Source: the human T2T-CHM13v2.0 reference genome, Homo sapiens
NCBI RefSeq assembly: GCF_009914755.1
Contig: NC_060942.1
Length of the DNA: 64,000 nucleotides
Direction: 5' to 3' (one strand)
Below the pieces are notes generated by a model, which saw only the letters and a program-made list of their open reading frames with translations, had not been told where the DNA came from and searched no databases. The translations under genes and the position numbers were made by a program. This document shows positions 1 through 14,320 of this stretch, piece by piece. The stretch's first letter is position 1, and the number at the start of each line of letters is the position of its first letter.

Positions 1-549
1 TAGATAAGACAAAATAGATAAGCATCTGCTTCCCTTCCCCCTAAGTGATGCATTCTTACTCAGATCTAATGTATGTTTATTCATACCTGAAGGCAGTGTT
101 TTTCAATCTTTTCCATGTTCGTAGCTCAGGTCTTTAAGGACAGAGGATGCATATTGGGGGCAGCTTGCGTTCTTAATCCTAAGTGGCTCTCTGATGTCTT
201 AGGTTCTTTCTTTCCTATTTGTGAGGATTAAGGAGATAATGTATGCAAAAGGCATGTTACTATTATTATTGGTTGTATTAATAATCTGCTTTCTAATGTG
301 AAAATCTCCTTTGTATTAAATAACCCTGGCAGATGATCCTTGACCCTTATGTAGAAAAGTACCCATTGTCTAGTGAAAAAATTTACTGCCCGTTCCTAGC
401 TGTGAGACTTTGAGAAAGATACTTGGCCTTGAATGACTCACAGACTTTCATGAAGCTTAGTCAGATAATGGCTATAATGTATCCAGCACAGCATTTGATA
501 GGTAATATATACCATTCCATTTCTCTTTGGTTTTTAGAAAGGATTAATT

Positions 550-1790
<1,241 letters not shown>

Positions 1791-2374
1791 TTCTCTTTCT
1801 TTTTAGAGACAGACTCTTGCTGTGCTGTTCAGGTTGGAAGTGCAGTGGCACAGTCATGGCTTACTGTAATCTCAAGCTCCTGAGCTCAAACAGTCCTCCC
1901 ATCTCAGCCTCCTGAGTCACTGGACTTACAGGCGCACACTACCCTGCATGGCTTAATTTTGTTTGTTTGTTTTTGTAGAGACAGAGCTACCTCTTTCTTC
2001 ATAGGTAGGAGAGTGTTCCGTAGTAAAGATTCCCTGGTGATGGATGGATCCAGCTCCCTGTTGAGTCCGGCAAATATTTGAGAGCGGTTGTCATATTGTG
2101 TTCTTTCTTCCAGTCCAAAGTCCTCCCAGTTCCTTTAGTCCAAAGGTCAACACATTAAAGGGCCAGTTGCTAAATATTTTAGGCTTCAAAGGCTAAGAGA
2201 CAAAACCAAGAATGGCATGTAGGTATAACAAGAGAGAAAACAAATTTCCACAAAATTTTAATGAATGAAATTCAAAATATAAATGAGTACAACTTTTTGT
2301 AATATAGCTCCATTAAGGAGAAGAATTGGGTTGTTTTGTAGGGGATGGGGTAGGAAGTAGGGGGTAGGGTGATC

Positions 2375-2512
2375 CACAAGAGGATCTTGTGCTAGAAACC
2401 TAGGACTAAGACCAAATATTGAAACAAAAGATGCTCCTATCACCTCTATCACTGAGGACTTTATAAGAGCTTTAGAAGCTCTGTGCCAGGACCAGGGGCA
2501 GAGACCAAATGT
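2375..2512 (-). mobile_element. MER21-family LTR fragment
   Basis: CAAAAGATGCTCCTATCACC...TTTAGAAGCTCTGTGCCAGGA..GGGGCAGAGACCAAAT. Confidence 0.6.
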
Positions 2513-2974
2513 GTCTTTCTCTTCTTTTGTTTTCTATTTTTGAGACAGTGTCTCACTCTGTGACCCAGGCTGGAGTGCAGTGATGTGATCATAGCTCACT
2601 GCAGCCTCAACCTGGGCTCAAGCAATCCTCCCGCCTTAGCCTCCTGAGTAGCCAGGACTACAGGTGCATGCCACCTACGCCCAGATAATTTTTTTTATTT
2701 TTTATAAAAATGCCATCTTTTTATGTTGCCTAGACCGGTCTCAAACTCCTGGGCTAAAGCAATTCTCTTATCTCAGCCTCTCATGTAGCTTGGACTACTG
2801 GTGTGCATCACAACGACTGGCTAATATTCATTATTACTACTATGTCTGTAGAGGTGGAGTCTCACTATGTTGCCCAGGCTGGTCTTGAACCCCAGGCCTC
2901 AAGCATTCCTCCCACCTTGGCATCCCAGGGTGTTGGGATTACAGGTGTGAGCTACCATGCCAAGCAATCACAAG

Positions 2975-3325
2975 GGTCTTTATAATAGCAAGAGGGAGGT
3001 AGAAGAGTCAGAATTGGACGAGATGTGATGATGGAAGCAGAGGTGAGAGAGGCATATTTGAAGATGCTCCACTTCTTGCTTTGAAGACGGAGTTAGGAGC
3101 CATGAGCCAAGGAATGTGGGTGGCTTCATGAAGCTGGAAAAGGCAAGGGAACACATTCTCTCTAGGCCCTCCAGGAGAATGCAGCCCTACTGACCCCTTG
3201 ACTTTAGCCTTGATATGCCTATTTTGGATTTCTGAGCTTCAGAACTGTCAGATAGTAGACTTGTGGTGTTTTAAGCCACTCAATGTAGGGTAGTGTGTAA
3301 AAGAAGCAAGAAGAAATGAACACAA
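2975..3325 (+). mobile_element. MLT1 (MaLR) LTR, 3' portion
   Basis: GCCATGAGCCAAGGAATG...GAAGCTGGAAAAGGCAAGG...CAGAACTGT...GTGTTTTAAGCCACT motifs. Confidence 0.8.
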
Positions 3326-3649
3326 AGCCAGGCACAGTGGCTCATGCCTGTGATCCCAGCATTTTAGGAGGCTGAGGTGGTAGGATGAGTTGAGCCCAGG
3401 AGTTCAAAACCAGTCTGCACAACATAGTGAGACCCTGTCTACAAAAAAACCAGTCTTGGTAGCACACACCTGTAGTTGTAGCTAGTAAGGAGACTGAAGC
3501 AGGAGGATTGCTTGAGCATATGAGTTCAAAGTTGCAGTGAGCTGTGATTGTGCCACTGCACTCTAGCCTGGGTGACAGAGGGAGGTCTTGTCTCAAAAAA
3601 AAAAAAAAAAAGAACAAATGAGTGAGCATGGTGGGAGTGGGGACAGATG

Positions 3650-4230
3650 GCAATATTAAATAGAGTGTTCAGGGTTGTCCTCATAAGTGAAAATTAAGCA
3701 AAGGCTTCAAGGAGGGAAAGGAGCTGGCCAAGGTGCTTAGGGAAGAGCATTGCAGGCAGAAGCAACAGAGAGAAGATGTTAGGAGGGAACTCCTTGGTGT
3801 GTCTAAGGCTCAGGATGGAGTCTGGTGCAGCAGAGAGAGGGAGGAAGAGAAGCAAGGGAGGGGGCCAGGGAGTAGCTGGGCTGAGATCAGTACAGATTGT
3901 GTAAGCCCTGGGAGGTTATTGCTGGGGCTTTGACTTTTACTCTGACTGAGATGGGAACTGCGGGAAGGTTCTGAGCAGACAGGTGACATCATCTGTCTCC
4001 CTATTTAAAAGCACCCCTGGCTGCTGAGTTGGGAAAGACTATAGGAAGATTTTGGTAGAAGCAGGGAGGCCGAGCTGTCACCACATCCAGGTGGGAGATG
4101 ATAGTGCTCCTGACCAGGGTCATGGTGGCGGTGAGAGATGGTCAGAGCCTGGAGACATGTTGAAGACTGTCAACAGGATCCTGACAGACTGGACATGGGG
4201 TGTGAGAGAAGGAAGGGGTCAAGGCTGAGT
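3650..4230 (-). mobile_element. L2 fragment
   Basis: GGAAGAGCATTGCAGGCAGA, GACTTTTACTCTGA.TGAGATGGGAA and GTTCTGAGCAGA are L2 antisense motifs. Confidence 0.75.
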
Positions 4231-5052
4231 TTGATTCAAATTGAATTATTAAGTAATTAAAAAAAACCACTGCTGCCTTTCCCAATCCTACTAAGTAAAG
4301 GATGCTAGATTAAAGAAATCTCAGGTCAGGCCGGGTGCAGTGGCTCACACCTGTAGTTCTAACAGTTTGAGAGGCAGAGATGGGAGTATCTTTTAAGGCC
4401 AAGAGTTAGAGAGCAGCCTGGGCAATAATAGCAAGACCTCCTCTCTACAAAAGTAGAAGAAAGAAATTTAGGAAAATAAATATAGCCAGGCATGGTTGTG
4501 TATTCCTGTGGTTCCAGTTACTCTGGAGGCTGAGGTGGGCAGATCTCTTGAGGCTAGGAGTTTGCGGCCAGCTTGGGCAACATTGCAAGACTTCTTTCTC
4601 AACAAAAATTAAATAAAAAAAAAAGCCTGGCATGATGGAACCTGCCTGCATTCCCAGGTATTAGGGAGGCTGAGGCAGAAGGATCTCTTGAGGCCAGTTG
4701 GTCAAGGCTGCAGTGAGCTATGATTACACCACTGTACTCCAGCCTGGGTGACAGAGTGGAACCCCGTCTCAAAATACAAATCCAAATAAAATGAAATCTC
4801 AAGTTGGACCAGTCCCATCTAGGCTATGCAGGCCTTTCAACTGCATAGCCACATGATCGGGTTTGTGTGGCTGTGGATGAGGAGACCCCTGCCCAATTGT
4901 TGTTGACTGTACAATCGGTTTATTTTTAAATATAGTAATCAAATATATTTCATCATACTTGATGGTCTCAGATATGTGTGGGTTTTGGAATTCTCCTTGG
5001 AACAAATTTTAACATCTTATTTGTTCCATCATTTCATAATTTTTTTATCTGA

Positions 5053-5175
<123 letters not shown>

Positions 5176-5510
5176 TGAGTAGCTGGGATTATAAGCACAC
5201 GCCACCACTCCAGGCTACTTCTTTGTGTTTTTGGTAGAGACGGGTTTTTACCATGTTGGCCAGGCTAGTCTGGATTTACAAGTAGATTTACAAGAATCCG
5301 CCACCATGCCCGGGTAATTTTTGTAATTTTTAGTAGAGAAAGGGTTTCACCATGTTGGCCAAGCTGTTCTCGAACTCCTGACCTCAGATGATTCGCCTGC
5401 CTCGGCTTCCCAAAATGCTGAGATTACAAGCATGAGCCACCACGCCCAGCCCTTTTCTTTCCCTTTTACAGACAGAGTCTTGCTCTGTCGCCCAGGCTGC
5501 AGTATAGTGA

Positions 5511-5639
<129 letters not shown>

Positions 5640-5769
5640 TAGAGGCACGATTTTGCTAGGTTGCTCAGGCTGGTCTCATCCTGACCTCAAGTGATCCTCC
5701 TGCCTCACCCTCCCATGGTGCTGAGATTACAGGCAGGTATGACTACCTGTGCCCAGCTCCTTATTATTA

Positions 5770-6400
5770 TTATTTTAAATAACAGCTTTATTAAAATGTA
5801 ATTCACATATCATTCAATTTATTTGCTGAAATCTGCAGTTCAGTGGGTTTTAGAATATTCACAGAGCTGTGCACTGATCACCACAGTCACTCTTAGAACC
5901 TTTCCTTACCCTGTAGAGAAATCCGCACCCCTTAGCCACTGCCTCCTACTCCCCCCACCTGCCTTTGCCCGCAGCCTCAGACAACCATTGATTGATTTTT
6001 CTGTCACTGTAGATTTGCCTAATCTGGACAAATAGAATTGTACAATATGTGTTCTTTTGTGGCTGGCTTGCTTTCCTTCTTAGTACAATGTTTTCAAAGT
6101 TCCTTTATGTTGTAGCGTGTATCAGTATTTCATTCCTTCTGTGGCTGAATAATATTCCATGGTAGAAACACACTGCGTTTTGTTTATCCATTCATCAGTT
6201 GGTGCACATTTGGGTTGTTTTCATGTATTGGCCATTATGAATAATGCTGCTATGAAGGTTCCTATACAAGTTTTTGTATGGACATATATATTTTTTTTTC
6301 CTCTGGGATATATGCCTAGGAGTTAAATTGTTGCATTATGTGATGACTGCACATTTAGGCTTTTGAGAAACTGCCAGACATTTTCTAAAGTGGTTAGATC
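5770..6400 (-). mobile_element. Old L1M 3' end
   Basis: GGCTGAATAATATTCCAT...GTTTATCCATTCATCAGTTG...ATGAATAATGCTGCTATGAA. Confidence 0.8.
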
Positions 6401-7994
6401 AGTTGGGTGTGATGGTTCACACCTGTAATCCCAGCTACTTAGGAGGCTCAGTTGGGAGGATGACTTGAGCCCACAAGTTCAAGACTAGCCTAGGCAAGAT
6501 AGCGAGACCCTGTCTTGATTTAAAAAAAAATCCAATTAAAATGATAAGAAAAGAAATTCCTAAAGTAGTTATGGCACTTTATGTTCCCACCAGTAATGTG
6601 TGTGGGTCCAATTCCTCTGCATCTTCACTGACGTTATTTTTTTTTTCTAGACAGGGGCCTGCTGTGTCTCTCAGGCTGGAGGGCAGTGATGTCATTACAG
6701 TTCACTGAAGCCTTGAACTCCCAGGCACAAGTGATCCTCTCATCTCAGCCTCCCGAGTAGCTGGGAATTACAGGTACACAGCACCATGACTGGCTAATTT
6801 TTATATTTTTTTTTTTTTGTAGTGATGGGGTTTGACCATGTTGCCCAGTCTGGTCTCATACTCCTGGCCTCAATGATCTGGCCACCTTAGCCTCCCAAAG
6901 TTCTGGAATTACAAGCTGAGGCCCCGTGCCTGGCCTTCACCAACATTTGTTATTATCTGTGTTTTTTTCCTTTTATACCTTAAAGCAGTATAAGAACAAG
7001 TGTCTTCAATGATAGTAAACAAAAAATATAATCCCAGGGCATTGGAAGCTGAGGTGGGAGGATCTGTTGATGCCAGGAGTTTTAGACCAGCCTAGGCAAC
7101 CTAGCAAAACCTCATCTCTACAGAATATTTAAAAATTAGCTGAATGTGCTGGTGCCTGCCTATAGTTTCCCTCTCTCTCTCTCTCTGACTTTTTGAGGCA
7201 TGGTCTGGCTCTGTCACACAGGCCAGAGTTCAGTGGTGTGATATCATGGATCACTGCAGCCTGAAACTCCTGGGTTGATCAAGTGATCAGTCCTCTCACT
7301 TCATCCTACCAAGTAGTGGGGACCACAGGTGCATGCCACCCGGGTCTTGCTATGTTTCCCAGGCTGGTCTTGAACTCTTGGCCTCACGTGATCCTCTCCC
7401 CTAGGCCTCCCAAAGTGCAAGAATTACAAGTATGAGCCACTATGCCTGGCCCCCACCCTGCCTATTGAGAACCAAAAGAAGGAACCAAATTCTCCGTAGC
7501 TCAACTCGAGCCATTTCCTGATTTCTTCATCAGGAATGAGCTGGTTATTGGGCTGTCCAGGCCTCTCAAGCAGCACAGAAATGAGGTGAGTGCGTTTTCC
7601 TGCTGCTCCACTCTGCGGAGAATTAGAGGATGTTTACTCATTTTCAGAGAGAGATGCCTTGTAGGCACCTTAGGATGGAGGAAGCCCTGATTCCAATGTC
7701 CTTTTTTTTTTTCTTCAGAAACAGGATCTTGCTCTCTCACCCTGGATGGAGTTCAGTGGTGCAATCACAGCTCATTGTAGCCTCAACCCCCCAGGCTAGC
7801 AATCCTACCACGGCCTTTCGAGTAGCTGTGACTACAGGTGAGCGCCATGACACTCAGTGAATTTTCAATTTTTCGGTAGAGGTGGGGCCCGGCTGTGTTG
7901 CCAGGGCTGGCCTTGAACTCCTGCACTCAAGGGATTTTCCTGCCTAGGGCTTCCAAAGTATTGATATTACAAGCATGAGCCACTGTGCTCACTC

Positions 7995-8210
7995 TGTCTG
8001 GTTCTTAACTTCCTGCCTCCCTCTTCCATATTTAAAGAACCCTTGTAATTACATGGGCTCACCCAGATACTACAGGATAATCTTGTTTCAAGGACAGCTG
8101 ATTAGTAACATTAATTCCATCTGCACTCTTAATATACCCCTTCCTCTGAAACTGTGCTGTGTAACCTAGGACGTGAGCAATTGGTAGGGGGCATTACTTT
8201 GGCCACCACA
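7995..8210 (-). mobile_element. MLT1 LTR, 5' portion
   Basis: CCCTTGTAATTACATGGG..CACCCAGATA...CAGGATAATCT and terminal GGGGGCATTA...CCACCACA. Confidence 0.65.
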
Positions 8211-8674
8211 GTGACCAAAAGGATTGGTGGGGGACAGGTTAAAGATACAGGGAAGTTGGAGGAACAACTGACAAGTGAGGTTCCAGAGAGGGCAGGTGAA
8301 GAGGAGATTCCAGTAGGGAAATTAGAGTAGCACTTTCTTTTTCTTTTTTTTTCTAAGACAGGGTCTCACTCTGTCACCCCTGCTGTAGTGCAGCGGCATG
8401 ATCTTGGCTCACCGCAGCCTAGACTTCCCAGGCTCAAGGGATCCTCCCACCCCAGACTCCCAAGTAGCTGGAACTACAGTTCTGCACAACCACCATTCCT
8501 GGCTGTTTTTTTTTTTTTTCTTTTGTTAGTAGACACAGGGTCACACCATGTTCCCCAGACTGGTCTCTAACTCCTGGTCTCCAACTCCTGGTCTCAAGTG
8601 ATCCTCCTGGTTCGGCTTCCAAAATTGCTGGGATTATAGGCCTGGGTCACCATGCCTGGTCTCTGCTAGTTGTA

Positions 8675-8947
8675 TATTTTATTTTATTTTAAGTTCAGGG
8701 ATACAAGTGCAGATTTGTTACATAGGCAAGCTTGTGTCATGGAGGTTCATTGTACAGATTATTTCATCACCCAGGTATTAAGCCTGATACCCATTAGTTA
8801 TTTTTTCCTGATCCTCTCTCTCCTCCCACCCTCCTAGGTCTCTGTGTGTCTATACATTCTCATCATTTAGCACCCACTTATAAATGAGAATGAGAACATG
8901 TGGTATTTGCTTTTCTGTTCTTGTGTTAGTTTGTTAAGGATAATGGT
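8675..8947 (-). mobile_element. Short L1PA 3' end
   Basis: GTACAGATTATTTCATCACCCAGGTATTAAGCCT...GAGAACATGTGGTATTTG. Confidence 0.85.
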
Positions 8948-11902
8948 CTTTTCAGAAATCTGTAACGATACTTATTAAAATGCAAGTGATATATAAGTGA
9001 ACTATGATAGGAAGCTAATTGGCACATTTTACCATTTCATCTCACCAACTTGTTATGCTAAAGACCTTTGAAAAGTATTACATAAAATTTCAGCATTTTT
9101 AAAAAGTTAAATTGTAGATTTAAATTCAAAATTATTAACTTCATTTCAAAACTTGCTTCACTGATCTATCACAAAGGAGATAAAAATATATTGTTAATAT
9201 TGCTATACTCAAAATAGGTTATGATAGCTTGTTTTTTAAAAGAATATGCATTCATCAAGCAACTGGAGATTTAATGCCTGCAATCAGCATTCAGCAGAGG
9301 AAAGAGACATTTTGTTTTTTTTAAAAAACTATTTGTATATTAAGTACAGGAAGTCCTTGCTTGATGTTGTTGATAAATGCTTGGTAACTGTGACTTTAAG
9401 CAACATTACATACGGAAAGTCTTTGAGTAACATCATTTTCTTCAAAATTGTTTGGTTATGCCATTGATAAGAAAAAAATTGGTTTTGTTATATGTCATTT
9501 TGAATAGATATTTAGAATTTCAATGTATTTTCCTATACAAAACTATTATATTTGGTAAATTAATTAGACCATCCTCTTTGCAGAATAAAATATTTACCAA
9601 TTGTGAAGGGAAGAAAGGATAGTGATTTATGGAGAGACAAGGAAGGTTGAAATACATGCTGAATAAAAGAAATGTTTAACTATATGGCACTGGAAACAAA
9701 CAATTTGAGTTTGAAGGACATATTTTCTCTCAAGGATTATATAATATGAGAAATTAATCAGAAATTGAAGCAATGAATTCAACCAATTACGAAAATTAGT
9801 AGAATGGTATGAAGTATAAATGAAGAGAATGAATTTTAAAGTATAGAAAATTTGGAACCATGGTGTATGTCCCACTTAACAACCAGCGTAATAAAAATTT
9901 GATTGTGCAAAAAGTGATTATTAAATTTACTAATAGAATTTGATGAGGGTAGATATTGAATACTAGGAGATGGGTAACAGAAAGTTTCAATAAGGCATTT
10001 TCTAATAATTTCATAAACTTCTTAACTTTCAATAGCTACTTGCTACCTCCAGTTTATTGGTGGATCTCCTGTCATTGGGCTTCATTAAAATAAAAACAAA
10101 TCTGTGGCATTTATGTCAAGTCAAAAGAATCTATGCATTCAGAGTTGTGGCAGGAACTGCATATGAATAAAGGAGTCCCTTTACTACATTCTAAGGAAGA
10201 ATTTGTATGTTCTATTACAGACAATGCTTTGTTCTCAGCCATGTCTGTCCTGATATGGCTATCCAGATAGACTTATCTTCCAATTCCTCTGACTCCGCAA
10301 ATCTTTTTTTGTGTCCTCTGGAATTCATGGCCAGTCAGCATCATAATTCTGTATAATCTCAATATATTTATTTTATTTGAATGTTGCCCTAATAGGAGAT
10401 TGTGTTGAAGACACAGCTTGTTCAGCAGCTCATATCATTCACATCTCCCTATGCTTTCCTTCAATCTAATGTGAGTTCATTTTTTAGCACTGCAGGTCCA
10501 AACTGTTGAATAGATAGTTCGACTTTCAAGATTTTTAGATGCCTTCTTCTGCCCCTTTCAATTGGCAAATGCATCATAGCAAAAATCTGAACAGAACATC
10601 TAATTTATGTTCGTGTGCTTCCCTTCTTTCTGGAGTCTTGCATCCTCAAGTCTCTGCTGCTTGGTAGCTCTCAGGTGCCCTCTAACACATTATCTTTCAT
10701 ATTTTACCCAGCCTTACTAATTAGTCTAGCAAGAGGGATGGTCATATTCAAGTTCATGTACTATAGCTAGAAGTAAATATCCTTGTGTTAGCTATTAAGA
10801 TTTGACGAGGCATGAGAAATAAAGATGCAAAATTGTCATCATTTACAGATGATATGATTCAACACTTTCAGTATACAGGAGCCAAGACTGAAAAAAATGA
10901 CTTAAAACATGATGATAAATTATTATGATAGGTGAATAAAAAACAAAAATAAATCGTTTGTAATGTATACATTATATAATTAGAAAACACCCTATTTTGC
11001 AAAGCAAAAAACTTGAAACAGACCTCACAATGTGTACGATTTTTAAAGGGAAAAATTATATACTATTGGAAGATTTAAAGTAAGTTAACAAATAATAAGC
11101 ATGTAATGTCTTGTAATAAAAACACAACACCATAATGATGACAATTCTGTCAATATTAATATATAAACTTAAAAGAACAGTAAAATAGAAATGTTTTCTG
11201 CAATCACTGTGAAGTCAAGCCCAAATTTTATGTAGAAAGATAAAACAACCAGAAAATTCCTAATAAGGTGGATGGATAGCCAGGAGGAACAAGAATGAAC
11301 ATATAGGAAAATATTGTATAACCTTATTAAAGAATTTTATTTAAAGAAGCAACTTGATCCTATTCCCATTTTAGTAAAATCACTGTAATACATAGAAAGG
11401 ATTATGAACCAACAACACTGAGGAGAGAAGTTAGCTTTTTCAGAGAGAAGTTAGCTTTTTCAGTGATACTTTCAAAATCATAGAATTCTGAATTAGCAAA
11501 ATAACAGTGAGGCAAGAGGGAGAGATTTAGTAGATGTTATCAATCATGATACTCTTAACACAGCAGTAGCTGCCACATAGAGTGTTTATATAGTTAGGTG
11601 CTGTGTATATCTCAATGTATTTAACCCACACAAAAACCTTTGTGTTGAGTTCTACTTTAATTTCAATTTGGCAGATGTGGGAATTAAGGCACAGAATTAT
11701 TGCATTAATTGCCCAAGATCATGCAGTTACTTTAAAAAAGCATGATTCTGGCTTCAGATTCTGGGATCGCACCCTCAAAAGTATACAATTTCACTAAGAG
11801 TTTCTGTGACATCATTGTCTGTGGCCTGTGACAATGTCAATGAACTTGTGTCTGACTTGGGGTGTGGGTGAATTGTAGTAGTGCCGTGTATAGAAATATG
11901 TG

Positions 11903-11938
11903 CACACACACACACACATACACATACACACACACACA
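11903..11938. repeat. Imperfect (CA)n microsatellite
   Basis: Seen directly. Confidence 0.95.
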
Positions 11939-12333
11939 CCCCAACAACTAAGAATAAAAGAACTTGGGTCATCTTTTGAGAAGCATGATTTGAATGATGT
12001 CTCAAAAGCAGTGTATATATAAATCCAGCTATGATTAGTGATATCTGAGCTGGCAGAAGAGACCTGGGAATTATCAGTCCATCAATAATAATTAAAGGCA
12101 TGAAAATGAGATAAAAGGCATTACAAATAAGAAGCAATTTGAACTGTCACTGATCTCTAAATAATAGACATATTGTAAAGAACAGGCAGAATAAATTGAA
12201 TGAAGAGAAACTGAGAAGGCATATCCAGAGAGGGAGAGAGAGAGAAAGAAAGAAGCAAACTCAAAGAAGTATGGTGTTCCACATGATAATGTAAGTGAAC
12301 AGAGTTTTTGAAGGTAAAATTCAAATAGACAAC

Positions 12334-12710
12334 TGCCATGGTTTGAATATTTATATCAAAACTTAACGTTGAGATTTAATCATCAGTGTAATGATATTGG
12401 GAAGTGAGGCCTTTATGAGGTGATTAGGCCAGGAGGGATCTGCCCACATGGGTGGGTTAAACAACTGTTGAAAAGGGCATTCAGAAATGAATTTCAGCTC
12501 CTCTGTTCTGCCATGTGGGCAACAGTGTTCCCTCCCTCTGGAGGTTGCATCTTAGAAGCAGAGGTGGGGTCCTTATCAGACACCAAACTTGCGGCTGCCT
12601 TGATCTTAAACTTCTCAGTCCCCAGAACTGTGAGAAAAAAACATTCTGTTATTTATCAATTACCCAATTTCAGGTATTTTTTTTGTAGAAGCACAAAACA
12701 GACTAAGATA
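12334..12710 (+). mobile_element. MST/MLT1A-type MaLR solo LTR
   Basis: TGCCATGGTTTGAAT...GACTAAGATA with typical CCTTGATCTT...CTTC...CCAGAACTGTGAGAAA. Confidence 0.8.
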
Positions 12711-12814
12711 ATAACTCCTATCTTTATTCTTATATAATTTTAATATGATTCTTTTATAAGATTCCCAAAATATTAGCCCTGTCATTTTCTCTCCGTTATT
12801 TACAGCAATTTTTC

Positions 12815-13025
12815 TTTAAAAAATTCAGCTTTTATTTTAAATACGGGGGTATATGTGTAGAAATGTTACATGGTATATTAGACCCACGTAATGAGCATAG
12901 CACCCAAGGGGTAGTTTTTCACCCACGTCCCCCTCCTTCCACCCTTTCCCCTTTCCCTAGTAGTCTACAGTGTCTATTATTTCTATGTTTATATCCATGT
13001 GTGCTCAATGTTTACCTCCCATATA
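12815..13025 (-). mobile_element. Short older L1PA 3' end
   Basis: CTTTTATTTTAAATACGGGGGTATATGTGTAG...GTCCATGTG-like (ATCCATGTGTGCTCAATGTTTA). Confidence 0.65.
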
Positions 13026-13049
13026 TACATTCTTAGTATGGGGGTACCA

Positions 13050-13400
13050 TTCTTACCTGTAGGGCAACAGCAAACATTACTATCTGTGGACTTGCAGAGT
13101 CGTGGTTCCACTGGCGTGAAAACACATTATTATTACATTAGACCAAGACCTAGTTTGTAGCAAAGGAGAAGAGCAAGTGGGCCCATGACCATGAGATGAC
13201 GTACTTACCCATCCAGAAGCTGTCAGCTGGAGAGAGAGTTGAAAAGGCCCGCACAGCTAAAATGTCAGTTTGGAGCCAGTACTTTCTGAGAATTGTGTTT
13301 CATCATCTAGGATGCAGCAGATAGGTTGAACAGAAGACCTTTGATGGCTCTGTGGCTCTAGTGGAAAGAATATATGCATTTGGAATCTAAGGTATGCAAA
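13050..13400 (+). mobile_element. Degenerate ERVL internal (integrase-region) fragment
   Basis: CCCATCCAGAAGCTG...GAGAGTTGAAAAGGCC resembles the ERVL integrase HPEAAGLIERWNG segment. Heavily decayed. Confidence 0.45.
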
Positions 13401-13426
13401 GAAGAATGGCTCCATTAATTAATATA

Positions 13427-14320
13427 ATAGTTCCCCCTTATCCTCAGTGGATCTGTTCCAAGAACCCCCTGGGGGTGCATGGAATTGCAGGTAGTAACAT
13501 ATCCTATGTATACTAAGTTTTTTCCTATATATACATATCTATCATACAGCTTAATTTATAAATTAGGAACAGCAGAGATAACAATAACTAATAATACAAT
13601 AAAAAATTAAGATAGTATGCCAGTATTATTAATCTTGAGCTTTGGGATTACTGTTAAGTAAAATAAAGTTTACTTAAGCACAACCACTCAATCACTAATA
13701 GCCTACTACTGACCAGAAGCCTTACTAACAACATAAAAAGTAAATTAAAATATATTTTGTACGTAATTTGTATTATACACTGTATTCCTAACAAAAAATT
13801 AAGCTAAATAACAAAATGTTATTAAGAAAATCAGGCCGGGCACGGTGACTCACGCCTTTAATCTCAGCACTTTGGGAGGCTGAGGCAGGCGGATCTCTAG
13901 GTCAGAAGATTGAGACCATCCTGGCTAACGTGGTGAAACCCCATCTCTAATAAAAATACAAAAAAATTAGCCGGGTGTGGTGGCGGGTGCCTGTAGTCCC
14001 AGCTACTCAGGAGGCCAAGGCAGGAGAATGGCGTGAACCTGGGAGGAGAAAATATACAAAATATATTTACTATTCATAAAGTGGAAGTGGATCATCATAG
14101 TGATCTTCATCTTTCTCATCTTCATGCTGAGTAGGCTTAGGAGGAGGAAGAAGAAAAGGGGTTGATCTTGCTGTCTCAAGAGTGGCGGAGGCAGAAGAGG
14201 TAGATGAAGTGGAGGGAAGGTAGGAAAGGCAGTCACACTTGCTGTAACTTTAATTTTTAAAAATCACATATAAATGGGCCTGTTCAGTTCAAACTTGTGT
14301 TGTTCAAGAGTCAACTGTAT
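13427..14320. mobile_element. TcMar-Tigger DNA transposon pieces (MER44/Tigger7-like joined to Tigger3-like), with a truncated AluY at about 13834-14046
   Basis: TAGTTCCCCCTTATCC start, CTACTGACCAGAAGCCTTAC, terminal TTGTTCAAGAGTCAACTGTA. Confidence 0.75.
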
